In this document: one piece after another, positions 19,781 to 31,200 of the stretch | How positions within the stretch are numbered: the stretch's first letter is position 1 | How the letters are laid out: each line of letters starts with the position of its first letter | NCBI GenBank assembly: GCA_903857865.1 | Contig: CAIOGO010000009.1 | Coordinates: forward strand, 5,396-69,395 | Source of the DNA: an uncultured bacterium | GTDB lineage: Bacteria > Bipolaricaulota > Bipolaricaulia > UBA7950 > UBA9294 | Reading direction: 5' to 3' | DNA length: 64,000 nucleotides | Notes under the pieces: model-generated | Seen by the model: the letters and a program-made list of their open reading frames with translations, nothing else | Told to the model about the DNA's origin: nothing | Database searches by the model: none | Translations under genes and position numbers: made by a program

Positions 19781-22177
19781 ATGGAACAGATCGAGCGAGT
19801 GTTCATCGAAGAGGAGATGCAGCAGTCGTACATCAACTACGCGATGAGCGTCATCCGCGGCCGCGCGATCCCCGACGTACGCGACGGCCTCAAGCCGGTG
19901 CAGCGCAGAATCCTCTTCGGCATGCACGAACTCGGCGTTCTTCCCGGGAAGCCTCATCGCAAGTCGGCGCGCGTCGTCGGAGAGGTGATGGGAAAGCTGC
20001 ACCCCCACGGGGACCTCGCCATCTACGACACCATGGTCAACATGGCGCAGGGGTTCTCGTACCGCTACCCGCTGGTGGACGGGCAAGGGAACTTCGGCTC
20101 GATCGACGGAGACGCTGCGGCCGCCACACGCTACACCGAGGCGCGGCTGACGCCCATCGCGACCGAGTTTCTCGAGGAGTTGGGCGAGAAGACGGTGGAC
20201 TGGTCGCCCAACTTCGACGAGTCGCTCGAAGAGCCGACGGTGCTCCCGGCGCGGGTCCCCCATCTCTTGATGAACGGGGCGTGGGGCATCTCCGTCGGAA
20301 TGACGACACAGATCCCGCCGCACCATCTCGGCGAACTGATCGACGGCGTCATCGCGCTCATGGACAACCCCTTCGCCTCGGCGAAGGACCTGATGCAGTA
20401 CATCCAGGGGCCCGATTTCCCGACGGGCGGGACGATCATGGGCCGGGCCGGCATCGAGGAGATGTACCGCACGGGCCTCGGGAAGATGACCGTGCGCGGC
20501 AAGGCCACGATCGAGGACGCTCAGATCATCATCCACGAAATCCCTTTCCAGGTCAGGAAATCGACCATCGTCGAGACGATCGCCGAGAAGGTGCAATCGG
20601 GCGAGATCGACGGAGTCTCCGACCTTCGCGACGAGTCGGACCGCGAGGGGTTGCGCATTGTCGTGGACCTGAAACGTTCGGCGAACCCGAATGTCGTCTT
20701 GAATCAGCTCTACAAGTTCACGCCGCTCGAGCGAACATTCTCCGCCATCTTCCTTGTGATCATTGATGGGAACCCGCGCACACTGTCGCTGAAGGAGATC
20801 CTGAATTCGTTCATCGACTTCCGCCGCGAGGTCGTGCGCCGCCGGACCGAGCACCGCCTCGATGTGGCGGAGAAGCGAGCCCACATCCTCGAAGGGTTCC
20901 AGATCGCGCGGCGCGACATCGATCGCGTGATCGCCGTCATCCGCGGATCGACCGACAGCGCGGCGGCGGCGCGCGCCCTCGCAGGCGAGTTCGCCCTGTC
21001 CGACGAGCAGGTCGACGCCATCCTCAAGATGCGGCTGTCGCAACTGACGTCGCTCGAGGGCGAGAAGATCGATGCGGAGTACGAGGAGAAGAAGCGTGCG
21101 ATCGCCGACTACGCGCACATTCTCGGGAGCGAGGTCGTGCTCGACGAGACGATCAAGCGCGAGCTGCGCGAGATCGCCGACCGTTATCTCGATGCGCGGC
21201 GTACGACGATCGAGAGCGCCGAGGGCGGAGTCGACTCGGCCGATCTCATCCCGGACTACGACCTCATGGTCACCGTCACCCGCCGCGGGTACATCAACGC
21301 TCCGCGAGCGCACGAATTCCGCAGCCAGGGGCGGGGCGGGAAGGGCGTGATCGGCCAGCGGACGAAAGACGAGGACTACGTCGAGGTGACCACGCTCGTC
21401 AACGCCCGCGATGAGCTCCTCATGTTCAGCGACCGGCGGAAGGTCTACCGGACGCAAGGGCACAAGCTTCCCTCCCTCGGGCGCGACGCGTCGGGCAAGA
21501 ACGTGCGGAGCTTCATTCCGCTAGAGCAGGACGAGTTCGTTCGCTCGATCCTCCCCGTGCGCAACTTCGCCTTGGTCGAGGGCGACCTCTGTCTGATGGC
21601 GACGGCGAACGGGATTGTGAACAAGAACCGGCTGACGGACTACTCGAACGTCCACGCCGGCGGAATCATCGCCCTGAACGCCGACGAGGACGACCGACTG
21701 GTCGACGTCGCGGTGGGCGACGGCGATCTCATCCTCGCGACGCGGGCGGGGCAGACGATTCGTTTCCGCGACGAAGATGTGCGCCTGACGAAACGTCCGT
21801 CGCGGGGCGTGATCGGCATCCGGCTCGAAGAGGGCGACCACGTCATCGGCATGGCGTGCCTAGGACGCGAGATCACCATGGAGAAGAAGCTGCTCATGGT
21901 GGCGGAGAGGGGCCACGGGAAACGCGTCTCGCTTGACGAGTTCCCGCTCCAGGGGCGGGGCGGCAAGGGCGTGCAAGGGATCAAGCTGGACACGGAGTCG
22001 GGACTCCTCGTGACCGTGCTCGTCGTTTCCGACCAGGATGAGATTATCATCACCACCGAGCAGAAAGTGATCCGCATCTTGGCCGGGGACATCAACGTGT
22101 ATCGCCGATACGCGCGCGGCGTGCGCCTCATTCAACTCGAGGACGACGACCGCATCGTTTCGGTCGTGAAGGCGTGA
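19781..22177 (+). CDS. gyrA: DNA gyrase subunit A
   Basis: [18 protein letters not shown], catalytic RYTE, GyrA-box QGRGGKG, and C-terminal pinwheel repeats. Confidence 0.95.
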   Translation: MEQIERVFIEEEMQQSYINYAMSVIRGRAIPDVRDGLKPVQRRILFGMHELGVLPGKPHRKSARVVGEVMGKLHPHGDLAIYDTMVNMAQGFSYRYPLVDGQGNFGSIDGDAAAATRYTEARLTPIATEFLEELGEKTVDWSPNFDESLEEPTVLPARVPHLLMNGAWGISVGMTTQIPPHHLGELIDGVIALMDNPFASAKDLMQYIQGPDFPTGGTIMGRAGIEEMYRTGLGKMTVRGKATIEDAQIIIHEIPFQVRKSTIVETIAEKVQSGEIDGVSDLRDESDREGLRIVVDLKRSANPNVVLNQLYKFTPLERTFSAIFLVIIDGNPRTLSLKEILNSFIDFRREVVRRRTEHRLDVAEKRAHILEGFQIARRDIDRVIAVIRGSTDSAAAARALAGEFALSDEQVDAILKMRLSQLTSLEGEKIDAEYEEKKRAIADYAHILGSEVVLDETIKRELREIADRYLDARRTTIESAEGGVDSADLIPDYDLMVTVTRRGYINAPRAHEFRSQGRGGKGVIGQRTKDEDYVEVTTLVNARDELLMFSDRRKVYRTQGHKLPSLGRDASGKNVRSFIPLEQDEFVRSILPVRNFALVEGDLCLMATANGIVNKNRLTDYSNVHAGGIIALNADEDDRLVDVAVGDGDLILATRAGQTIRFRDEDVRLTKRPSRGVIGIRLEEGDHVIGMACLGREITMEKKLLMVAERGHGKRVSLDEFPLQGRGGKGVQGIKLDTESGLLVTVLVVSDQDEIIITTEQKVIRILAGDINVYRRYARGVRLIQLEDDDRIVSVVKA

Positions 22178-22186
22178 GGGCAGGCC

Positions 22187-23392
22187 ATGGCAAGACCGAA
22201 AGAGGGGGCAGAAGAACGGCTCCTGCGCGGCACGGGCGCGGTGATTCCGCAGGAGGAGCTTGTCGCGAAGCTCAAGCGATCGGCGGCCGACAAGCGGCCG
22301 CTTCGGGTCAAGCTGGGCATCGACCCGTCGGCACCGCATCTCACCTTCGGCCACTCCGTGCCGCTGCGCAAGATGCGGCAGTTCCAGGACCTCGGGCACA
22401 CGGGCGTTCTCGTCGTCGGCGACTTCACGCGGCGGATCGGCGATCCGTCCGGCCGCTCCTCCACGCGGGTCCTCATGTCGCAGGCGGACATCGAGAAGAA
22501 CATGGCCACGTACCAGGATCAGGCGTTCAGGATCCTCGACCCGCAGCGGACCGAAGTGCGCTTCAATTCCGAATGGCTCGGAGCCATGTCGTTTGCTGAC
22601 GTCATTCACCTCACGGCGAAGTACACCGTGGCGCGGATGCTGGAACGCGACGACTTCGCGAAGCGGTACGCCGAGGGTCGCTCGATCAGCGTGCTCGAGT
22701 TCCTCTACCCGCTCGCTCAGGCCTACGATTCGGTGGCCGTCCAAGCCGACGTCGAGTTGGGCGGAGCCGACCAGCTGTTCAACCTGCTTGTCGGCCGCGA
22801 CATCCAGCGCGAGTACGGCCAGGAGCCGCAGGTCGTGATGACCGTGCCCCTCCTCATCGGGATCGACGGCGAGCGGGCGATGAGCCAGACCGTGGGCAAC
22901 TACGTCGGAATCGGTGAGCCGGCCGACGTAATGTACGGGAAGATCCTGTCGATTCCGGACACGCTCATCGAGCCGTACTACACGTTCCTCACCGACATTG
23001 CGATGAACGAGGTTCGCGGCGAGATTGAGTCCAGTCCGCGGGACGCCAAGCGTCGCCTGGCCAGAACGCTCGTCGGCATGTACCACGGCGTGGAGCCTGC
23101 GTCCGCGGCGGAGGTGGAGTTCGATCGCATCCACGTCCATCACGAGCGGCCGAGCGACGTGGCGCGGAAGACGCTCGACCGGTCGCAGCTCAAGCAGGGT
23201 GGGACGATCTGGATCGTCGACCTCTTGCAGGCATCGGGACTCGTGCAGAGCCGTGGCGAGGCGAAGCGTGTCATCCAGCAGGGCGGGGTGCGGGTGAACG
23301 AGGAACGCATCGACTCGCCCGACGCGGACGTGCACTTCGCCCCCCCCATGCTCGTCCAGGTGGGGAAACGCTCGTTCGTCGAACTGGTGTAG
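22187..23392 (+). CDS. tyrS: Tyrosine--tRNA ligase with atypical ATP motifs
   Basis: LRVKLGIDP, IGDPSGR, EFLYPLAQAYD, ELGGADQ, and C-terminal S4 domain (VGKR). Confidence 0.92.
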   Translation: MARPKEGAEERLLRGTGAVIPQEELVAKLKRSAADKRPLRVKLGIDPSAPHLTFGHSVPLRKMRQFQDLGHTGVLVVGDFTRRIGDPSGRSSTRVLMSQADIEKNMATYQDQAFRILDPQRTEVRFNSEWLGAMSFADVIHLTAKYTVARMLERDDFAKRYAEGRSISVLEFLYPLAQAYDSVAVQADVELGGADQLFNLLVGRDIQREYGQEPQVVMTVPLLIGIDGERAMSQTVGNYVGIGEPADVMYGKILSIPDTLIEPYYTFLTDIAMNEVRGEIESSPRDAKRRLARTLVGMYHGVEPASAAEVEFDRIHVHHERPSDVARKTLDRSQLKQGGTIWIVDLLQASGLVQSRGEAKRVIQQGGVRVNEERIDSPDADVHFAPPMLVQVGKRSFVELV

Positions 23393-23394
23393 AC

Positions 23395-23817
23395 GTGGCC
23401 GCCTACCTCCTCGTCGGGGAAGCGCCGAGTGCGGAGTTCGCGGCGCGGATCGCCGCGCAGTACAAGGATTGCCCTCACGTCCACTTCGTCGCCTCGTTCG
23501 GTGCGATGCTCGTCGGCGTCTGGTACCTGCCCGAGACCAAGCGCTGGTGGCTCGAGTTCGTGGCGGAGAACCCGCAGGTCGCGCTCGGGCTCCACCGCGC
23601 CGCCGTCTATCGCACGGAACACCCAAGCCACCCCGAGGACGCGCCCCAGCGTCCGATTCTTGCGGCGGGGTCCCTCGCGCCCTGCGGCTCGGATTGCCAC
23701 GCCTGCGACCACGCCTCGCCGTCCGGCGATGCCGCTCGCGGCGAGGCCGCCTGCGGCGGCTGCCCGGCCCTCGCGGGCCGATGCCCTGGGTCCGCCGAGG
23801 CCAACGCGCCTACTTGA
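23395..23817 (+). CDS. Hypothetical protein with Cys-rich C-terminus
   Basis: Starts 2 nt after tyrS. Contains APCGSDCHAC...CGGCP. Confidence 0.6.
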   Translation: MAAYLLVGEAPSAEFAARIAAQYKDCPHVHFVASFGAMLVGVWYLPETKRWWLEFVAENPQVALGLHRAAVYRTEHPSHPEDAPQRPILAAGSLAPCGSDCHACDHASPSGDAARGEAACGGCPALAGRCPGSAEANAPT

Positions 23818-26800
23818 TCTCGATCTCGACGCTGATGGAGTCGCTGTTCCCAGCATCGTCCACCACGGTCAGCGTCACAGAGACAACGCCAGGCTGCGGG
23901 AACGCATACACGGCGATCGCATCGGCCGAGTCGGGCATGCCGTCGCTGTCGAAGTCCCAAACGTAGGCCACCACGCGCCCGTCCAGGTCGACTGATGCTG
24001 TGGCGTTGAATAGGACCGGCTCGTTGGCGCTAGGGCTGGATGGAATGTACTGCAGCGCGGCGATCGGTGGCTGCTGGCTGGCCCCTGCCTGCGGCGCACT
24101 CGATCCGAGAACGAGGATCGGCTGGGTGATCGAGTTCGACAGTCCGCTCGCGGCGACCACGGTCAGCGTGACGGGGTAGGTGCCGGGGGCGGAGAACGTC
24201 CACTCCGAGATGGGTCCATCGCCGTCGCTCGTCCCATTGCCGTCGAAGTCCCACGCGTAGTCGAGGGTGCCACCGACAGGATCGACGGACGATGACGCGT
24301 CGAAGTCCACGGCGTCCCCGGCGCGCGGAGCGGCCGGGGTGTAGACGAAGCGGGCCGAGGGGCCGCTCGGCATGGCGGGGAGAATCTGGGGCACTCCCTT
24401 GACATCCACGGTGTAGGCGATGGTGTCGCTCGTCCCGACCGCGTCGGCCACGGTCACGGCGACATCGTAGGAGCCCGGCGCGGAGAACGTCCACTCGACG
24501 GTCACGCCCTCGGCGTCCGGGTTGCCGTCGGCGTCGAAGTCCCAGGCGAACCGAACGATGGGTCCGTCGAAGTCGACGGACGCAGAGGCATCGAACGTGA
24601 CGGGTTGTCCGACGACTGGCGACACCGGGGCGTAGGCGAAGTCGGCCACGGGCGGGCGAAGGGCGCTTCCGGTCGTGGAGGGGGCGACGGGAGCTCGTGT
24701 GGTCTCGGCTTCGGCCACGTCGATTTCCAGGATCCACGTGTCGCTGTTGCCGGCGTTGTCGGTGACGGTCAACGAAGCTCGGTAGTGTCCCGCAGCGCCG
24801 AAGACGTGGGTCGTTACCGCGTCTGTCGAGTCGATGTCGCCGTCGCCGTCGACGTCCCAGGCGTAGCCCACGATCTCTCCATCGAAGTCGAACGACGGAG
24901 ACGCGTCGAACGTCACGACCTCGCCGACTCGCGGCGCGGCGGGCGTCGCCACACCGTCGGCGGTCGGAGGTTGGAATGTGACGATGACCTCGCGGGGGCG
25001 GATGAATCCGCCAAACACGATGCGATCCCCCGATGACGCGTCTACGGCCTGTGATTCGGGGGTGGTGAAGGAGAATCGCTCCGGGAGCGTGCTCGCGTCG
25101 ATCGACGCGATGTAGGTTCCTGGACGAGCATTGGCCCATGCGAAGTCGCCGCGCGCGTCGGTCGTCGCCGCGACCGTCTCGCCGGCCTCCCGCTGCAGGC
25201 GGACGCGAATGCCGGCGAGCCCCATCTCCTGCGGCTGCCGCACTCCATCCTGGTTGGCGTCCTCGAAGACGGCGCCGCGGAGGATGAGGATCGGCGCCAG
25301 GGGAACGTCGACAGCCCGGCGCTCCCCAGCGCCGAGCCGGATCTCGATCGGACTTCCGAAGCTGGTGTCGAGCGGCAGTTCGCACGCGGACAGGTGATGG
25401 ATCCCCGGCGAGAGCGGCGGGAAGCGGAACTCGCCCGAGGCGTCTGTCGACACCTCGCTCTCTTCGACGAAGACCACGACGCCGTCGGCAGGAGCCTCGC
25501 CCTCGTCGAGGAAGCCGTTCGCGTTGCGGTCGACGAAGACTCGGCCTTCGATGCGGCCCTTGGTGACCAGGAACGGGAAGGGCACGCCGAACGTGGCGTT
25601 GACTCCCACGCTCCATCCGAAGCGGGCGCCGGCCTGGTTTCCCCTGTCCCAGCGGGCGAACCCATCAAACGTCACGTCAAGGTCGTCCGTGGCGTGGACG
25701 ATGAGCGACGCGTCGAGATCGAACGTGTCGCCTTGAGAGCGGAACTCAATCGCCGCCTCGTGGCGCGCCCCTTGAGGCCGGACGGCGAGCGACGCGCTCG
25801 CCGCCGAGCTGAGGACGAGGTCGTGCACGAGATCGACCACCCGTTCCTCGCTTAGCGTGAGGAGGACGGAGAACTCGTCGACCGAGAGGCCGACCTTTTG
25901 GGTGTGCGCCAGCGTTCGTTGGCTCGTCATCACGAGGCGATCGACGCGGTCGGCGACGCGTCCGGTGAAGGCATAGGGGAAGGCGCCCTCAGTTTCTATC
26001 ACGTTGTAGGCAAGAAGCGTATCGACATCGTCGCGGGGAGTTCCGTCGGCCTGGTGCCTCCGGACCAGTGCTAGCGTGGTCTGAACAGTCGGGCCGTCGT
26101 CCCATGGCGTCGCGGAGAGGTTGACGCCCAACGAATCGCTCACCAGCGTCGGGACGAGCGGGTCCCGAACGACATTGTCCCAGGCGTGGCGGATGGACAA
26201 CCCGAGCGAGAGAGACGTCAGCCGAAGACGCTGGGACACTTCGACGCCGGCCGTGTCGTTTCGTGGCCCGGGGAAGTAGGTGTCGACGGAGAAGGCGCCG
26301 GCACTGAGGAAGTAGGCCTCCGAATCGATGGTGGTCCCCACGAATCCTGCGCGACCGGGTCTTCCGTTGTCCGTGCCCAGCCCCCCCTCGCCGCGCAGGA
26401 TCCAGCCGTCGAGGGGCTCGGCCTGGGCGGTGCCGGTCCACGTGGCCCATCGGGCGGCCTCGTTGCGCCGATCGGAGTAGGCGAGTCCAAGCTGGGCCTC
26501 CTCCGGACCCAGGGCGAGTAGGCCGCCGAACTTGGTCTCCTCACCGCTTCCCCCGGCGATCAAGGAGACGTCGACCATCGTGCCGTCGATGGCGATGGAG
26601 CCGCCGTCGCACGACACACTGACGAGATCCGTCAAGGATTGCGACACATTGCCGACGGCGTACGACGCCGTATCCAGGCGGTAGAGAAGGGAGGTTGCGG
26701 TGACGTCCACCGGACCCGATCCAAACGGGTGAAGGGCCACGCAAGACGCGGAGAAGGTCCCGCCGAAGACGGGCCCGGACGTAGCGAGCGAGATTTGGCT

Positions 26801-27610
26801 GTCCATGGTTCCCGCGGTCTCGTCCCTATCTACTCCGACGTGGACCCGCAGGGGAAGGACTTCGAGGAGGGATCCTCCCACGGCGCTAGGGCCTGGCGGA
26901 AGGATGGTCGTGAAGATGGCGATCTCGTCCTCTACTTCGGCGTACAGCGTGGACGACGCGCGCACGGTGGTGACGTCGCGTCCCGGGCCCGCGTCGGCGG
27001 GGACCGCGAGGACGACAGTAACGGTCCGGCTCTCGCGTGGGGAGAGTTCCAGCGATGCGGTCGATACGTTGACCGCGTACCCACGCGAGGAGACGGCGGC
27101 GAGGGAAAAGACATCCTGAGCGTTGCCGCGGTTGACGACGAGGACGTCGTAGGACACCGATCCGCCGGGAGACAGGCTGCCCCCCGCGGGGGGGACGAGT
27201 TCGACCTGATTGACGACGGTGACCCGCGTCGCCACGCCGGCCGACGCCTCGTCCGCCGCATCCATCTGCGACGTGGCGTGGAGGGAGAGCACGTAGGATC
27301 CTGCTGCGGCGTCGGAGGGGACGGTCAAGGTCAGGAAGATCACGCCCTCGTCTCCGGTGGCCACGGCGATCTCCGGCGGGGCGCCGAGGAGCGTCCAGCC
27401 TGCCGGTACGTCGTAGGTGAGGGTGAACGTTTGCCCGGAGGGCTCGTCGTGCGACACGGCGAAGACGTGCGTTACGACGTCGCCCGGCGAGGCGTCCTTC
27501 ACGCTGGAGAGAAGGTCGACGTGCACGGCACCGGCCGCAGCCTGAGCCGAAGCGAAGACGGCGACGACCAGCGTCGCCACGATTCCCCAGATTCTCGTTC
27601 GGGACGCCAT
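23810..27610 (-). CDS. Large secreted multi-domain protein: N-terminal Ig-like domains, amphipathic beta-strand core, 2 SdrD-B/CnaB-like and 4 PKD domains
   Basis: Signal peptide, GRVFVDRNANG and GAVFEDANQDG motifs, and four FDAS.S.D.DG....Y.WDFD.DG PKD repeats. Confidence 0.85.
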   Translation of the reverse strand: MASRTRIWGIVATLVVAVFASAQAAAGAVHVDLLSSVKDASPGDVVTHVFAVSHDEPSGQTFTLTYDVPAGWTLLGAPPEIAVATGDEGVIFLTLTVPSDAAAGSYVLSLHATSQMDAADEASAGVATRVTVVNQVELVPPAGGSLSPGGSVSYDVLVVNRGNAQDVFSLAAVSSRGYAVNVSTASLELSPRESRTVTVVLAVPADAGPGRDVTTVRASSTLYAEVEDEIAIFTTILPPGPSAVGGSLLEVLPLRVHVGVDRDETAGTMDSQISLATSGPVFGGTFSASCVALHPFGSGPVDVTATSLLYRLDTASYAVGNVSQSLTDLVSVSCDGGSIAIDGTMVDVSLIAGGSGEETKFGGLLALGPEEAQLGLAYSDRRNEAARWATWTGTAQAEPLDGWILRGEGGLGTDNGRPGRAGFVGTTIDSEAYFLSAGAFSVDTYFPGPRNDTAGVEVSQRLRLTSLSLGLSIRHAWDNVVRDPLVPTLVSDSLGVNLSATPWDDGPTVQTTLALVRRHQADGTPRDDVDTLLAYNVIETEGAFPYAFTGRVADRVDRLVMTSQRTLAHTQKVGLSVDEFSVLLTLSEERVVDLVHDLVLSSAASASLAVRPQGARHEAAIEFRSQGDTFDLDASLIVHATDDLDVTFDGFARWDRGNQAGARFGWSVGVNATFGVPFPFLVTKGRIEGRVFVDRNANGFLDEGEAPADGVVVFVEESEVSTDASGEFRFPPLSPGIHHLSACELPLDTSFGSPIEIRLGAGERRAVDVPLAPILILRGAVFEDANQDGVRQPQEMGLAGIRVRLQREAGETVAATTDARGDFAWANARPGTYIASIDASTLPERFSFTTPESQAVDASSGDRIVFGGFIRPREVIVTFQPPTADGVATPAAPRVGEVVTFDASPSFDFDGEIVGYAWDVDGDGDIDSTDAVTTHVFGAAGHYRASLTVTDNAGNSDTWILEIDVAEAETTRAPVAPSTTGSALRPPVADFAYAPVSPVVGQPVTFDASASVDFDGPIVRFAWDFDADGNPDAEGVTVEWTFSAPGSYDVAVTVADAVGTSDTIAYTVDVKGVPQILPAMPSGPSARFVYTPAAPRAGDAVDFDASSSVDPVGGTLDYAWDFDGNGTSDGDGPISEWTFSAPGTYPVTLTVVAASGLSNSITQPILVLGSSAPQAGASQQPPIAALQYIPSSPSANEPVLFNATASVDLDGRVVAYVWDFDSDGMPDSADAIAVYAFPQPGVVSVTLTVVDDAGNSDSISVEIEIK

Positions 27611-27820
27611 CAACGATGAGCCTACTTGCAGAAAACACCGTCCTCTAGGACCTTCACTTGCTCGTCCCGGGACATTCGTCTCTGACCGAGGGGGACCTTG
27701 GCCAAACGTGGAGCCCGAGCGGAATGGCCAGCCAAGTGTCCCTCGCCCGCGGGGCGCGCGGACGCCTTGTCGCAGGGGATCGAGTTAGCCTTCGTCGGGG
27801 AAACGCAGCGCGGAGGTTCG

Positions 27821-28225
27821 ATGCGGGAGGCGAGGCTGGTTCAGGAGATTGTGATTGAAGACGTCGACCGCGTCGGCGTCGTCGCCGACATCAGCCGTCT
27901 TCTCGGCGACATGGGCATCAATCTCTCCGCCGTCTTCGCCAACGTGGTCGGCGAGTCCGTGCGCATCCACTTGATCACGAGTTCGCAGTCCTACGCGCGG
28001 GACGCGTTGCGCGACGCGGGGTACTCCCTTCGGGAGAGGGACGTGATCGCGATGGAGCTACCCCACCATCCGGGGTTTCTCTGCCGGATCACGGAGGCTC
28101 TCGCGCGCCGCGACCTGACGATCACCGAACTCTATGCGACCGTGCCGGAAGACGGAGGCATGGGCCTCGTCGTGCTCAGCTGTTCGAACAACCTCCACGC
28201 GCTCCAAGTCTTGCGAGGGCGCTGA
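27821..28225 (+). CDS. Tandem ACT domain protein
   Basis: DRVGVVADISRLLGDMGINL and HHPGFLCRITEAL. GGAGG RBS. Confidence 0.8.
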   Translation: MREARLVQEIVIEDVDRVGVVADISRLLGDMGINLSAVFANVVGESVRIHLITSSQSYARDALRDAGYSLRERDVIAMELPHHPGFLCRITEALARRDLTITELYATVPEDGGMGLVVLSCSNNLHALQVLRGR

Positions 28226-28271
28226 AAGGGCCGCCCGCCGGCTGCGGCGGGCGAACCCTGGGGCTCCGTAA

Positions 28272-31200
28272 CTAGTCCGATGGAAGCACGATGAATGCTC
28301 GGCCTTCCGATCTTCCGAACACCTCTGGAAAGTAGAACTCGCGCGCGATCGCCGGAAGGACCTTGAACTCGCCCGGCTGAACGGCGCGGACCGTGTAGCG
28401 GTAGGTGTAGGTGCCGGCCGGGAGGTAGTCGGCGAACAGCGCCACCTTCTCGTCGCGCAGCTCGCTGCGCGAGTACCAGCGCCACCACCACCAGGGATAT
28501 CGCATCGAGGTCCCGCCCGACGACTCGCGGCGGATGCTCGGCCCGGTTTCCAGAACGCTCGTCGTGTCGAGCGTCGTGTTCACCGCCTCGCAGCCGGCGG
28601 GCAGCGGGTCTTCGACCACGACGTAGTAGAGGTCGTTCGGCGCAATGATCGTCAGGCGCACTTCGTACGTCTCTCCGACCGTCGCTTCTCTCACATCCGG
28701 GCATGTCGCGTCGAGATCGCATCCGCTCGGCGCGTACTGACGCGTGACGATGATCCCGCGCGCCAGGGCGCCCACTTCGTCGGCGGGCAGCTGGAGGTTG
28801 AGGTGGGCGGTGTAGTAGAGGACGCCGGGGCCTTCCTCGCGGAACACGGTGAGCGCGTGCCGATCGCTCGTCGAGAGCTCGCTGCCTGGGACGCTCACCG
28901 TGGCTGAGTCGCGCACCGTCTCCTGGGTTGCGGTGCCTTCGAGTTTCTGAGCCCCATCCCAAAGGACGCCGAACGCGTAGTCCGCGTCGAGTTCGCCCGT
29001 TGCGACCATCCAGTCCGTCAACGAAACGAGGGCCCACGCGGTCTCCTGCGTCGTCTCCCAGATACCGCTCTTCCGTGCCACCATGAGCCAGCGGACGACG
29101 TTCGGAAGGAGCGCGTTCTTGGGGTCGAGGGCCACGAACGCGTCCAGGATGACGGCCGTCGACCGCGTGTCGGTGTTCATCGCCCACCCGTCGTAGTTCG
29201 CCTCCTCCCAGTGCATGCCGGTCGCGCTCTGGATCGACTCGTTCACCAGGTCGGAGAGGAGCGTGTCGATCTCCGTTCTCGGTCGCCCGAGCCGATCGAG
29301 TGCCATGGCGAGGAACGCTTTGCCATAGTGACTGAGCTTGGCGCGATGGTCGAACAGCTGGTCGGCATACAGGCCGGCAGGATCGTTCCTTCCGGCGAGC
29401 GAGAGCACGAAGAGTATCCAGGCCTGGCGATTCGCCTCTCGGAAGGTTCCGAGATCCTCCTGCGACACGAGCGTCGACTCGAGACGGCGTGTCGCGCGGT
29501 CGAGAACCTCGGGCCGCACGAGGATGTCCGCCTCCTGGAGGCGGAGGAGAGCGTAGGTGGCGTAGGCTGTGAGATACGGGCTCGATGCCTCGTCGGCCCA
29601 CCAGCCCCAGCCTCCGTCGCCGTTCTGGCGGACGTAGAGCTTCTCGAGGCCCTCGAGTACCAGATCGTGGAGGCGGCTGGCGAGATCCTCATCCTCGATG
29701 CCGAGGAGCGTCAGGGCGCGGTAGGTCAGGACGTTTGGCAGGAATCGGCTTACCACCTGTTCCGTGCACTCGTACTCGAAGTGCTCGAGATAGCTGAGCC
29801 CTTCGGTCATCGCGGCCGCGAGCGAGGCGTCGAGACGCACGTCGAGCCGGCTTGTGTCCGGATCGTAGCTCTCTGGCAGGGCAATCGTCTCCGTGCGGCC
29901 GCCGGCCTTGCGGAGTTCGCCCGCCGTGCCGACGATCTCGGGAGCCGTGTAGCGGTGTACCGGGATCGTCCCCTCGGGCCCCGTCGTGAGTCGAGGCCGC
30001 GCGGCGTCCGACAGATCGCCGGACGTGGCACTCCACGCCACGTCGACGGCCTCCACGTCGAGCACGGTGACCCACCACACGGCCTGACTCTCCGAGCCCG
30101 CCAGGACGCGAAGCGTCTGGCCCACCGGACCCTCGAGCTCGAGGCCCGCGGAGGCGAGCGTAACGTTGACGTTGAGATTGTCCTGCGTCTGATTGGTCAC
30201 TGAAGCAGCCAATCGCACGCGGTCGCCCACGACGAAGAAGCGGGGCGCGACCGGACGCACGAGGAGCGGCTTCGTCACGAGGGTCTCCGTCGTCCCCTCG
30301 CCGACCTTCGTATCGGTGGTGATGCCGACGGCGCGCACGACCCATGTCGTCAGGTTGTCCGGGAACTTGACGTTCAAGGTGGCGCGGCCGTCGGCGCCGG
30401 TGGTCACCGTCGGGTTCCAGTAGGCGGTGTCGGCGAACGCCTCGCGCAGAGCCACCCCGGCCGGGAGCTGCGCGGCCGCCGAAGACCGCCCCGCGGCCTC
30501 GTCGAGGCCCGCCGTCGCCATCATCGGCGCGGGCGCCCCGGGCAGGGGGCCACGGCCTTCGGCGGCGACCTTGGTCATGTTCGCTGCGCCCATATCCCGC
30601 AGCTGTTCCAGAACGAGGCGCGACAAGGAGAGCGTGAGGGAACTCGACGTGCCCACACCGAGACCTCGCGGGCCGTAGAACGTCGAAGCGACGCGGTCCG
30701 GCTCGCGCGGGCTCAGGGTGAGAATGGCCTTGTCCACCACGTCGAGGGAGAACTGGCCCTGGACGGGCACTCCCTCCGCGTCCGTCACTGTGAGGGTGTA
30801 GCTCGCCGTCTGGCCGGGCAGGAGGCTCTCCTGCGGGCCTTCGAGCGAAACGTGGAGGAGGCGCGGCTCCGGATCGACGGAGAGGGTCACGTACCCCACC
30901 TTCATGCTCGCGGTGTCGAGCCCGCCGGCCGCTCGCGCGGCCGTTCGGCCCTGGACAAGGACCACGCTCACGTAGATGTTCGGGACGTGGTCGTCTGTGA
31001 TAGGGATCGGTAGGACCGTGCTGTTCGATGGCAGGTGGAGAACCTGCTGCGACAGCACGCCGCCGCGCTCGACGGTGACGAGAGCCCACTGCTCGCCCGG
31101 GTAGGGACTTGGAACGAGGATCTGAGCCGTCTCCCCGACCTGGTAGGTCGTCTTGTCGCTGATGAGCGTCACCCGGTCGTCGTTGCTGCGGCGCCACGAC

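Noticed and set aside
23810-24970. Four recurring ~250-bp similar segments
   Set aside because: They are in-frame PKD domain repeats of one protein.
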